DNA of 57,696 nucleotides, the filler included, from Sphacelaria rigidula (lineage: Eukaryota), in assembly GCA_964200075.2 (NCBI GenBank). It is 7 parts of 7 records of this genome, joined end to end, with 100 filler letters (N's around TTAATTAATTAA, not from the genome) between each part and the next. Parts side by side here need not be neighbours in the genome. Positions count along the whole stretch, not along the records: positions 24,772 to 32,928 come from CAXNAA020012096.1; positions 33,029 to 41,184 come from CAXNAA020012097.1; 5 more parts are not named here. One strand, given 5' to 3'. Below are positions 24,672 through 35,985 of the stretch, piece after piece. Both the position numbers and the translations under genes were made by a program. The notes under the pieces are model-generated. The model was not told where the DNA came from. It saw only the letters and a list, made by a program, of their open reading frames with translations, and made no database searches. Position 1 is the first letter of the stretch. Every line of letters starts with the position of its first letter.

Positions 24672-26113
24672 NNNNNNNNNNNNNNNNNNNNNNNNNNNNN
24701 NNNNNNNNNNNNNNNTTAATTAATTAANNNNNNNNNNNNNNNNNNNNNNNNNNNNNNNNNNNNNNNNNNNNACGACGAGGAGGAGGGAGTCGATACGGTT
24801 GATGCGCTGAGCAACCGTTTCGACGCCACAGGAGAGGAATGAAGGTGCGCCCTGGGGCCGCAGTCCCCGGGGGACAGCGTAGAGGTGGATAGGTTAGCAG
24901 CAGTGAAAGGTAATGATGCACAGCAACTGTGGGTGCCAGCTAGAGTTTGGCACCACAGTAAAAGTAGCCTCGGTTTACCAGTAACGATGTTACTGCACAC
25001 CGGGGCGGGGGGAGGGGTAGCTATGTATCAAAACAGTGGTGGAAGTCGTTGGTAACTTGGGGTAACATAACAGGCAAGCTACAGCGACAGGGAGCAGGAT
25101 TTCTCAGGGTAGCAAAGCCTAGTGACAGCTGGACGCCACCGGGGAAGATTCTGGGGTCAGCGGTAATTTCTATTCGGTTCCAACCAAAGGACAAAGTAAG
25201 AAAAGTATGGGTTAGGGTGGTCGATGGATTGCCGTACGGATTCATCTTGGGGGCAAGTTTTTTCAGAAGGAACAAGAGTACACTGTCTTTTGAAGGTCGA
25301 TCAGGATTTTGACCTCTGCCGGAGGCCCCGTGGGTAAGGTTCGTGTCTAATGGTTCACCAAAACTCGGAGGTGTTGACACCAATCACCTCACTGGCCAAG
25401 GAGATTCGGCAAAGTGTGATCTCTTGTGTGCTATCAAGCCAAGCGCGCTCAGTGACGACCCGACGGGGGTGTTGTCGGGAGAGAGCGATCTGGCAGCATG
25501 GGATGAGGTATGGAAGAGCCTTAGAGCGGCGTGGGGGGACGACGCCACACTTCAGTGGCTTTTACGGCTGATGGAGGAGGCACGATTAGGAGCTTCGTTA
25601 GCGAGCTAGTTCCAGGCTACGTGCGAGTTCCTCAACCGCAGGAACGTCAACTCGTTTTGATCGAACCTCCGAAGTTGTCCGATTTAGATGAGGAAGCCGA
25701 GATAGGGGTAGCCAAGGGAGTGCAGTGGTGGGACCCACAGTTGCCGTTAGTATGTAAGGTGGTCAATACGGCCAAGAGTGCTCGCCTAGTGAAGAAAGGT
25801 ATGGTAGTGGCGAAGGTTGTGGCCGTGAATGTTCGAGATCGCGAGCGGTTGCAAAATCGGTACGTGTCCGACTCGGGCACCACGCTTGAGTCGGGGCTGG
25901 AGGATCGCGGGACTGCGCCAGCCCCTCCCCAACCGCCGCCGGAACCGACGGAAGTGGAGGAAAAGGACACAACTGAGGCCACAGGAGTAGACCTCACGGA
26001 AGCGAACATGGGCCAGTTGGGTCCGGCGCAGAAGACTCAGCTGCTATCCGTGTGAAGAGACTTCAACGAAGCAGGTCTTCTCGCGGTGGACCCCAAGCGG
26101 GTGAAGGCCTCGC

Positions 26114-26728
26114 GTGGGAAACGGTTGCGTCTACGACTGGAAGATCCTCGGTGCCGGCCATTCGCTGCCTGTACTAGGCGGTACTCGCCAGAACAAGAGA
26201 CAGCTATACGAGACGGTCCAGAAACTCGCGGAGCGGGGGATCTTTGAGCCGTCGACGTCCGCATGGGCAGCTGCTTGCGTCACGGTGCGGAAGAAGGACG
26301 GTAGTTTACGGTTGTGTCAGGATTATCGTGGACTAAACGAACTTCTCGAGTCGTATAGCGGTGGTTTGGGGGATATGCAGACCATGTATAGTGGCCTAGC
26401 GGGATCGAAGTACTTTACGAGTGTGGATTTAGCGGGTGGATTTTTCCAGTTGGAGGTGGCGAAAGAGGACCGACACCTTACCGCCTTTCGCGATGTGAGG
26501 GGGCACTTATGGCAAAATCAACGTTGTGAATTCGGACTCAGAGTATTACCAGCGACATTTCACCGAACAGTATCCGAAGCGTTGTTGCCGGCGCAGGGTG
26601 TCAAAAATTTGTTGGATGATATCTTGTGGCCTAGTGCGACTTTCGCCAGCCACATGACGGGGTTGACAGTTGTACTCTATTGCCTGCTGAAGGCCGGCCT
26701 CACTGTGAATTTCCAGAAATCACAATGA
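26114..26728 (+). pseudogene. Gypsy reverse transcriptase core (disrupted)
   Basis: KKDGSLRLCQDYRGLN, DLAGGFFQL, TAF, FGL..LPATF, LLDDIL motifs. Confidence 0.93.
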
Positions 26729-27039
26729 TGCACCCAGCAACAGGACTTCGTAGGGATGACGATCGACGCGTCGGGAATACGACCTTCCCCGTCTAAGATC
26801 GAAGCTATCGCTCAGTTGAGGGAGCCGCAGAGGGTAGAGGAGCTAAGGTCGTTTTTAGGTATGACTAGATATCTGCGGAGGTACATAACGGGGTACAGTA
26901 ACACGGCGGCACCGCTCACAGACTTGCTGAGAGACCCGCGATTCGCCTCCAAGCGAGCGCGAAGGATGGAGATTCCGTGGGGGGGCCAGCAGCAACAAGC
27001 ATTTCTAGACTTGAACAGCGCTCTGATGTCGTATCCGAT

Positions 27040-27430
27040 CTTGGCGTACCCGGATTGGAATGAACGATTCGTGCTACACTCAGACGCTTCAGAGTTCGCA
27101 GCAGGAGCCGCCCTGGCCCAGGAGGCGGATGAGAGGGAATGGATCATCGAATACGCTAGTCATAGATGGTCTCGGGCAGATGAAGAAAGATCGGCATCGG
27201 AGAAAAGTAGTCGCTGTTTTGTGGTCCGTGGAGCGATTCAGATCGTATCTATGGGGGCGAGAGTTTACGCTAGTTACGGATTGCAGTGCGTTGACATGGC
27301 TGTTTCTTAGTCAAAACTTGTCGCCTAAGTTCCACCGGTGGGCGCTGAGATTGATGGAGTATGATATGGTCTTCAAGTGGAGAGCTGGACGCGAACACCA
27401 GTTGCCGGACGCCCTGTCCCGGCTGCAAGG
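27040..27430 (+). pseudogene. Gypsy RNase H (frameshifted near 27200)
   Basis: LAYPDWNERFVLHSDASEFAAGAAL, IEYASH, then AVLWSVERFRSYLWGREFTLVTDCSAL..RWALRLMEYD..HQLPDALSR. Confidence 0.92.
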
Positions 27431-27689
27431 GAGCCAACCCAGGGGAAGTGACACTGACGTGTCATTCCCTGACGATGATACCGAAGCTGGACCAGGCGGA
27501 GGGGGAGGGCCGCAAGGACCCAAACTGGACAGAATGTTACTGAGGGAACTGGAGGCTGAGTATAAGAAAGAAACCGCAGACGTGATGGCATTAGCGTTGG
27601 AGGAGGTAAGCGCATTGTATCCACCGTAAACGGGGGGCGGGGTTACTATTGGCTCCGAGAACCCTGTGACCGGACCGGTTAAGCAACGA

Positions 27690-28580
27690 CCCCCCGCTTT
27701 GATTGTCCATTCCGGAGGTGGGGGAAGCATTCTGGCCGCGGGATAGTTCTTGGAGGTGGTCGCAGCCACCGATGCAGATTGGAAGGCGTTGGATAGTGTC
27801 AGAATGAACCAAATTGGAAAGGGAGTCAAGCTTGTACGTACGACTCCAGGGCGCCCTTCTTTCCACGACTTGGGGGAGGAGGTGCAACCAGAAGTGCTGG
27901 TAAGAGATACGAATAGGGTTGCCTCCATTGATAAAAATGCGGGGGAGTCGGAATCCGCAGATGGTGTCCGAGAACTGGTCAAGTCGTTCCTCTCCTCAGT
28001 CTCGACAACTCTGATCTTGGAGAGGACAGGTGTGATGGTGCACTCTCCGGGTTGGAAGGAGAGCGTGGCTCCGTTGCTGAGCGGAGCCGGCTGCTGCATC
28101 GAGCAGGCATCTATCTCCACCGTGCAGATGGGCGCCCCGTACCGAAAGAGACGGACCTGCGTGGTCGCTTTTAAGGCTGGTTGGCAGGAAGAAGAACCAC
28201 TGCGCGCGTGGAGGCAGCGAGTGGAAGCGTACGTTGTTACCTGCCCCCCGTTGGGTCAGCTATTGGGACGGACTGGCACCTATTGATCCGATAGGGCAAG
28301 GCAAGGCAATTCACAGTTTCGAGGATCCGATGCCCAGGTTAAGTCGTGCTCGGCTGACGAGAGGGAAACCTCGGCGCGGGGAATTCACACCCCACAGACG
28401 CAGGGGTATGGGAGGAAGCAGTAGAGCTGGAAAGAGTCGACTTCGTGAGAGTCGCGACCACCCTCGACCATTACGAGACCCCACCCACGGTGAACCCCGA
28501 CGCTATGCCAGATGTGGCTACTTTCGTTCATCCGTGGATGATGGGGGCGGTTTTATCAAGTTTGGAAGCGGAAGGTCTGT
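27690..28580 (+). pseudogene. C5-cytosine DNA methyltransferase-like domain embedded in Gypsy pol (catalytic motifs degenerate)
   Basis: Motif-like segments in canonical order: I ALIVHSGGGGSILAAG*FLEVVAATDADWKALDSVRMN; IV region PEVLVRDT (no PC); VI LILERTG; VIII QMGAPYRKRRTCVVA; TRD-like HSFEDPMPRL..FTPH; IX/X ELERVDFVRVATTLDHY..VATFVHPWMMGAVL. Confidence 0.72.
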
Positions 28581-28979
28581 TGAGTTTGACTCAGATTCGG
28601 AGTGAGGACGTAGTTCTAAGTGCGCTCGCGGCGATATGGTCGCATGGGGATGCAGAGTTACCGGAAACTTGGGGAGCCGCCGTAACTCGCTCGTGGGTTC
28701 CCGAAGCAGAACACAGGTCGGACCAGGACTCTGGTGGGGGGGGGGGGGCTTCAGCTGAGGTGCCGATACCAGGTAAAGGTAACCCTAGAACCGTTCTCGA
28801 ACAAGCGAGGGTGATCATGATGGACAAACCGCAACTCGTTTTATTACAAGAGCGAGACTTCCGTCTTGGACCCATCAAGGATAGATTGAAATGGGGGCCT
28901 AAGGATGAAGGAGCTGGCAAGAGGCGGGATGCGTACGTGCTAGATGAGAATAATCTTTCATGGTGCACCTCCCCTAAGG

Positions 28980-30110
28980 AGCCAGCTAAGTTAGCTATCC
29001 CACGCAGCCTAGTGCTAGGTCTGCTGGCATTGGTGCACACTACGCACGGGCACGCCGGAGTAATGAGGACGGCTGCAGTAGTCAACGCACGGTACGAATG
29101 ACCTGGTCTTTTCGCCGATACTCGCAAATACGTGTTGTCTTGTGGATGTCGCCAACACAAGCGTACCAACAGTCACACCCTAGCGATGCGGCCCGCCCAA
29201 TTCCTGCGGGCATGGGAGGTGTTAGAGATGGACATATCGGACATGAAGCAGGTTTCCGCCTCGGGTAACAGGTACTTGTTGATCATCGTGGATCGAGCAA
29301 CCAAGTTTCTCTTTGCTTCCCCATTGGCTACCAAGCTCACGGTACCCGTAGCCAAATGTCTGCCGAAGCTCTTCTTGACGTTCGGGGTACCCTACTTTCT
29401 TAAGGAGTGACGCTGAGGGGGAGTTCACGTCGGAGGTAGTGAACCATGTATGCCAGTGGATGAAGGTGAAGCTGGATCATGGTCCGGCAGAGCACCCTCG
29501 CGGTCAGGGCGCGGTGGAGAGGTACGGGGGATGGTTGCACGACGTTTTAGCCGAGCTCTGTAAGCAGTGGTCGGAAAGGTGGGATGAGTACGTAGACCTC
29601 GCTTTGTGGATTCACCGTACTACTCCCGACCCGGCATTGCCTAATAACCCGACTACATTTAAGCTGCTTTTCGGGCGCGAGCCACGCATCGAAATAGACG
29701 CTGTGTCACCTGAAGCGGAGTCTCCACCGTGGAACAACACGGTGGAACAACAGCGCCGAAACCTGAAGAAGGTTCACGAGCTGTCGACCCAACGCCACAA
29801 GAAAAAGGAAGAGGTAAGATCAGCTAGAAACGCCAAGCTGATTCGCCAGTCGGCGGGGTCGCGAGCTCAGCTAGGGGATATGATGTTAGTGAAAGAGTCC
29901 GACAGCTCCCTTGTACACGAAGATGTGTAGACTAAACTAGTGCACGACTTGTGGACGGGACCATGGATGATACAGCAAGTGGTGATACCCGGTCTCATCC
30001 TCAAGGTCAGCATACAGGGACGCAAGGTACGAGAACGGACGGTATCGGCAGACAATGTGAAGAAATTTCATGTGCGCCCTGAACAGCTGCAGCATCCGTT
30101 TCCGGGAGAG
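28980..30110 (+). pseudogene. Gypsy integrase (zinc finger, DDE core, GPY/F region; disrupted)
   Basis: LAIPRSL..LVHTTHGHAGVMRT..CGCRQHK; LEMDISD; VDRATKFLFA; SDAEGEFT; HPRGQGAVER; PTTFKLLFGREPR; LWTGPWMI. Confidence 0.92.
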
Positions 30111-30164
30111 TACCCTCAGTCAGAATGGGAAGCTGATTTGGGGTTGGCTGAGGAGATCACGTCC

Positions 30165-30522
30165 GTCCCGCAACTGTACACATTGACAGATAGGAACGTG
30201 GTGCTAGGATCAGGATCGTCATGGGAGTGGCCCTATCGGGAGTTATTGCATGACGGAGCCGAATCTCACTGGCTTTCTAAGAGGACGTTTGGACAGTTTC
30301 ACTGGGTTACAGCTGGACGTGCTTCATGCCTTGTGGGAACTATATCACCCGCACGCCAAGCCACGCCCATCTGTTAACCCATCTCGAGCAGAAAGAGACT
30401 CCATTGCTCGGGATGAATCTTTGCGACAGATTTTCCGAGGGACCCAAATCCGTGACCGGATTGTGGACAGCCAAAGTGAGCAGCAGGAGTTCGACGGAGT
30501 ATTGTTCGATTACAGTAGTTAG
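30165..30522 (+). pseudogene. Chromodomain-like segment followed by truncated Tudor-like segment at the integrase C-terminus
   Basis: QLYTLTDRNVV..WEWPYRELLHDGAESHWLS/..LDSF resembles chromo Y-x-W..E-S-T-W; IFRGTQIRDRIVD..FDGVLFDY resembles the Tudor-like GTxVxKxF..F-x-G-x-V start. Confidence 0.5.
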
Positions 30523-33500
30523 CGTCTGATATTGTCAAGATCCGTAGTTTTTAATTTTATACTGAAAATAGACCGAACTCGTGATTCCGCCGCTTTTTTT
30601 CATCATGTTTCAGCCAACATCGCGTGCATGCCAGCAAGGATATCTCAGCGTATAGTGCTCCCCCTGCGTAAAGAAAGATATCGTGATGACCGCTGTCAAG
30701 CGGAGAAGCCGAGTATCCGCGTATAACAGGGTCAACTACCGCGTGTGGTGAACACGGTGGGTGGGAAGAACCCCCACAAATCAGGTGGTACGCTGCGGAC
30801 TTGAACATGACGACTGTCAGAAAACACATTGAAGACGTTGCATGTAACGGCGACAAAAGTAGAAAACAACACTCGCACAGGGTCCGCAGGGAGTACACAA
30901 AGGCTGTAAAAAAACAGTTTTGGAAACAGAGCCCTATCGGCGTCAAACGACGGAGGTAAGCATCACCGCTGCACGGCGGTTTTTGGGCCGTTACGGGCCG
31001 TCCTCTTGGGGTCCTGCAAATCCAACGCGGGTGAATCCGGACACCCACGTCTTTCACAGGCCGTCCTGGGTCCACCACAGCGTCTTGACAGCTGCTTTCA
31101 CCGGCAGTGGAACGTTCACCACAGTAGGTGGACCGAATTTGCTAAAAAAAACGGCGTGATTGGTGTTACGACTGGTTCCGTGGAGGTTGGGGACGTTGAC
31201 AACAAGGTCTGCAGAAGACCTACTCGAAGCTGAGCCCCTACAAGGTGAGGCTCATGCACCGCACGGCCTGTAGAGCGTGCGCATCTGCGTGTACAACTCG
31301 ATCACGCACCCCCCCCCCAACCCAAAACAGCGCAAAGGCGACGACCTCATATCATAGGGAAACGAAAACACCCGTTGGCACGGGCGAAGAAGTGCCTTTG
31401 ACCGCTGAAAACCGGTCGCTCGCGATGACTCTCGAGCTGGGCAGAGTGGCTGAAATGCTGGAAGGGTGCTCGCACTGGCTCTAAAAACAGATGAAGCAGT
31501 ACAGGCTGCACAGGCAAAGAACGTACGCACAGATCGCTATCCAACCACTACAATCAACACCAACCTCGACTGTTTGGTGTCATGTGCTTTCCCCACGTGC
31601 AGGAAAGCCCAGCACAAGGCGGAGGGGGCTGCTTGCACTGTCTGTACAGCACCGCACCTTATGCAAATCTTCGCAGCGAAGAGCAGGTGAGGCCAAGCAC
31701 GCAGCGATGTTCACAGTCGCACACAAAACTATTGAAAACAGCATATTATGCTTGCCCCAATAACAGCGCGAGGGTGTAATGCAGCACTGTCACGCTCGCC
31801 TCCACTCCACTCCTCTTGCTTTCTCCCCCTCGTGCGCACCGCTACCCGCCTGTGTGTGAGGGGATCACTCCACACTTCAACACTGTCACGGTATAAACCA
31901 CCCCCTGATAAAACGACACCAAATTGCACCCGTCTGGAAGCGCCATAAGCCAGCAGCTTATGCCCTCACGGTGCGCGGTTACCTTACAAAACGTTCGAAC
32001 TTTCACGGCCAACCCCTATGCAAACGGCAGTGCCTTGTCGTGGTCGAAACCACAGCGGCAATCATGCCCACCTCTTTCCGCTATGCACCTCGTGGCCCGC
32101 ACAACTGTCGTGCCGTCACCAACACCTTTTACTCCTCCATGTCGCTGTAATCACACGCGAGTATCGCGCCGACAGCCCTCACGCAGCATCACGTGGGACA
32201 TATTCGACTGTGCATGCCTGTGGCGTCGCACGAACGCAGCATCATGTATCACGCCGTTTACCACCCCCCTCGCTGCCCATTTTCATGGGCCGCACGCGGG
32301 CTTTCGCGCACCGCCATCACTCTATTCACTGCACCCGCCGTTGACCCTTTGCGCCATGAGGCTCTCCCCGCAAGAGGGCGCCGAAATACAGGGATCTGTG
32401 GCAGAAACTTTGGGCTAGAGAGCCCATGTTGCCCCCCCCCCCCCACTTACGCGGTACGGTACTGTATACAGTAGAACAAACACAGCACAGCACGACAGTA
32501 CTGCCCGGTATCGGGCACACACAACTTCATTTCAGCTTGGCGGTGATCACGAAACCGACCCTGCCTCCCGCTGCTATTCATCCAACAGGCTCCGATACGT
32601 CGACCCCAAAGCAAAGAAAACATGCACGTCACATTCCCACAGCATGCCATGAAGCGCAATTTCATGACCGTTAGTCCGCATAGCCCCCCTATGTTTAACC
32701 GAAACTCTTTCAATTCCATTTTTTTTTTCGCTGCAGATCAATCGACACCGTGCACCCGCGGCACATTCTTTGTCGTGAGACGAAGCTTCCGGGGCAATTT
32801 TTTTTCCCAAGTATGCCGGAGTACGCCCTGCTATTGTTGCACGGCGTGTGTGCGAAATTGGTGCGCGGGAAGCACGAGGATCGTCTGTGCTTCTTTCAAC
32901 ACGAGTACTTCTCCTCCGACGAAGGGATNNNNNNNNNNNNNNNNNNNNNNNNNNNNNNNNNNNNNNNNNNNNTTAATTAATTAANNNNNNNNNNNNNNNN
33001 NNNNNNNNNNNNNNNNNNNNNNNNNNNNCTTTGCATGTTCTTTACGCTATACTGCCATCGCAATTTCCTCATGTCTCTGTTTTTAGTGAGTACATTCCCA
33101 ACGGGAGGGGGGGGGGAGAATGGTCATTGATCCTCGACGGAGGGAATTCTTAGCTTTTTTTCGCATGAAGCAACAAGGCACGGCGAGGGCGGGCGGGTGA
33201 TGCCTCTTTCATCCTACAAGGGAGAGGGAGGCAGCACCCCGCGCAGGTAGCAATACAAGAATATGTATACGTGCATACAAGCGTCAATGATACCGTGAGT
33301 ATCACCCGGATACCTTTGCATCATAGTTCACCTAAACGGGGTCATATTTGCGGTTCAGATTCATGTTCCACATAATATCACACTGGGAAAGATGTAAACG
33401 CTAAAAAAACGTATACAGTGGCAAGCTAAATCTTCTCAGAAGCTCGGCTTCCCGGCGACCGACTTGTTTTGCTGTTACTCTCACTAGGTTGTACCTTTTA

Positions 33501-35110
33501 TCAACACGTTTGATGCTCAATCTCATGAAAAGGTCTATGGCATGCCCTAGTAAAACAAAGTCATCGGAATCGAAAATCGATAATCGTGAATAACTCATAT
33601 GCCGTGATTGGGCTACAGCACGGAAGGGCAACCCCGGGAAACAGAGAACACATGCTCAATATCGAAGGGAATAACTCACTTGATCGACAGCTGGCGTGAA
33701 AACCTTGCACGGTCGTCTATGCGTGTCAGGAGGCACCGACATGCTGTGGGGATGCAAACGTTTGCGCAACATCTCAGGGTACGCGGCATCACGTACAGAC
33801 AGGTACCTGCATTAGAAGGTAATACCTCAACAGACACTCAGGCCCCCTACAGTGCAATATTCTTTGAACGACAGGTTGTGGTTCCGCACTAAGAGAGCAT
33901 CAGGAGTATGTGTGAACGCTTGGGGTAATTTTTTCCGGTCCAAGGTTTCATTTTGGCATCATTATGCTGTGCGGCTTTCCAAAAACAGTCATTGAAACCC
34001 AATTTCTTGACGGATCGAAGACAAAACAAGCACATCATGCGTGGTCGAGTGAGAGCCTTCGTGCGGACTAAAGGGCTTCGTCTGGACTGCAGGACAACTC
34101 TCTCGGTCAGCGTTTGAACTCCTGGGACCGGTTGTGCATTGTCAGCTGCTGTGTTACGGATGATTGTCGTGGGCCCAACTCTCACGCATCTCCGAAGCAT
34201 TTCTGCCGCCATTGCTGAATCCACATCAAAATCGAAATCAAGAATCGATTTAGACGTACATTTACTTTTTTTCTTTTTTCAAAAGGCACTGCCTTACCGT
34301 TCATACAACACCAAGTGTCGGCAGCGAACACGAAATGCCAGGGAACACGAGCATGGCTCAAGCCCGACCTCCCTTACCTCTTGAGCTTCGCTCGATCCTC
34401 GCCGTCGAAATCCACCGCAGGCCATTCAGGATGTTGGGCTAAAAATTCCTCAAAAACATCGCAGCAACAAAAAACGAACGAGGGGGGCGCAATGAGAGCT
34501 TGAAATCTGCCGGTAGGCCAAAGCGAGCAGCAGCCTTGGAACATGTACGAGGGAAACGAACAAGCTTCGCGTCACACTGAATTCAAGCCAAGGCGTTGCC
34601 ACAAATAGGAGAACCCAACGGGTACCTCATCAAGCTACTGACGTCGCCAGAGAGCTAACGGTTTTGTGTTGTCACGCCGAGTGCAGCGCTCAAACATGTC
34701 ATCAACAGTCCCCGGAACAGATATACCCGGGATCGACGGGTTTAGATAGTGCTGCAAGGCAGAGAATGACATCGATCGCGCCAGCACCAAGCGTGGAAAA
34801 CGGATGTGTGCAATGATCGCGGAAATGTCGCCGGGATGCGACAACAACACAGGCGACCCCAGTCGTGTTCAAATAACACAGGACAAGAACGCATGCAATC
34901 CTGTCGGCGCACATATTGATCGAAAGGAAAGCGAGGCGGACACTCTCGGCTATACATAACGGTATTAGGTATAGGCAAGCCATACACTGTACTCGCACGG
35001 CTAATGAAAGCACACGAGGAACGAGGGGAATGAGCGTAATACGCCTAGACGGCATTCGTGTTCGACTGTCCATCACGCACCCTACCTTCTTCCATATATT
35101 TCAGCTGCAG

Positions 35111-35985
35111 TTCTCGACTCCTGTCGGAACTGACGAAGACCACGTCTGCGCTCCCCGCGGGGAAGCCCTTGTACGCCTCCACCAGCTTTGGCAGGAAACT
35201 TACGCAATCTGTCAGGAGCGAACACGGGGGGTCGGTTGGTAGCCAAGAGTGCGTGTCGTGACCTTATACAAATAAACGCGTTCAAACAGGGTGGCATGCC
35301 TTTGTACCTCTCCCTTCAAGGTTGGCACCAAAATATACATGAATCCGTCTTTGGTGCAAAATAACAAGGGTCGCATCGACGTAAAGTACCAGCAAGCAGC
35401 CGTCGGCCAGACAACGACTACCCTGGCCCTGATCCAAGAGCAATGCGACCTGCAAGGTATCGCCATCTTCTTGTTGGAATTCACTCCGACAGAAAGCAAA
35501 GTAGAAGATCGCCTTCTCGGCAGACAAAAAGACTCAGCCATCGTACTTCGGTTCCGGCATGCACACAACGTGAGATGACAGGCATCAACCTCTATTCTTC
35601 GAAAGCCGCCCGACCACGCGACCAAAAGCATATCGTTGGCAATATCTTCTCTCGGAAAACTTCAGGTAACACGGAAAAATCTTTTTCTTACCCGCAAAAA
35701 TTTCATTCATCACATGATTAGCGCACCAAGGCGACGCAATAGCGTGAAGAGAGGGGGAAAAGGTTCCCCCCAAGACCATGATTTGAATCCGATCTTGTTT
35801 CATTATTCCCCTACTCACGTTGTATCCTCCGTAATCTTACCGGGACACCATTGTGCAGAAAAGAAAAGGCAGAGTAGCGGCGCTGACGGCGGCGCTGGTG
35901 CAGGGATGCCCTTGGCCATGTACAGCGTGATGCCATCTAGTATTCCCATCTCACTGCGGCGGACGATGCAGACAGCGTTGCACGG
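35111..35985 (+). CDS. Candidate exons of an unknown protein (35111-35230, 35321-35456, 35859-35985)
   Basis: AG/GT sites join in consistent phase: FSTPVGTDEDHVCAPRGEALVRLHQLWQETY..|VGTKIYMNPSLVQNNKGRIDVKYQQ..|EKKRQSS..; no recognisable domain. Confidence 0.35.

Larger units (their letters stand above)
24780..30522 (+). mobile_element. Degenerate Ty3/Gypsy LTR retrotransposon pol region (PR-RT-RH-[C5-MTase-like]-IN-chromo/Tudor-like); 5' end cut by contig edge, no LTRs seen
   Basis: Protease LL(D>H)TGAGG at about 24990 and FILGASFF; RT PSTSAWAA..KKDGSLRLCQDYRGLN, YFTSVDLAGGFFQL, LLDDIL; RNase H FVLHSDASEFAAGAALAQ, FTLVTDCSAL, RWALRLMEYD; integrase HHCC (HTTHGHAG..CGC), LEMDISD, YLLIIVDRATKF, GAVER, GPW. 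RT-RH-IN order is Gypsy-type. Many stops and frameshifts. Confidence 0.95.

Noticed and set aside
27311-28120. 269-aa minus-strand ORF (and 28591..29169) as separate genes
   Set aside because: Antisense shadows of the Gypsy pol frame with no motifs.
30530-32928. 3' LTR of the Gypsy element
   Set aside because: No PPT/TG start recognised, and no 5' LTR in the contig to compare; homology ends abruptly at about 30522.
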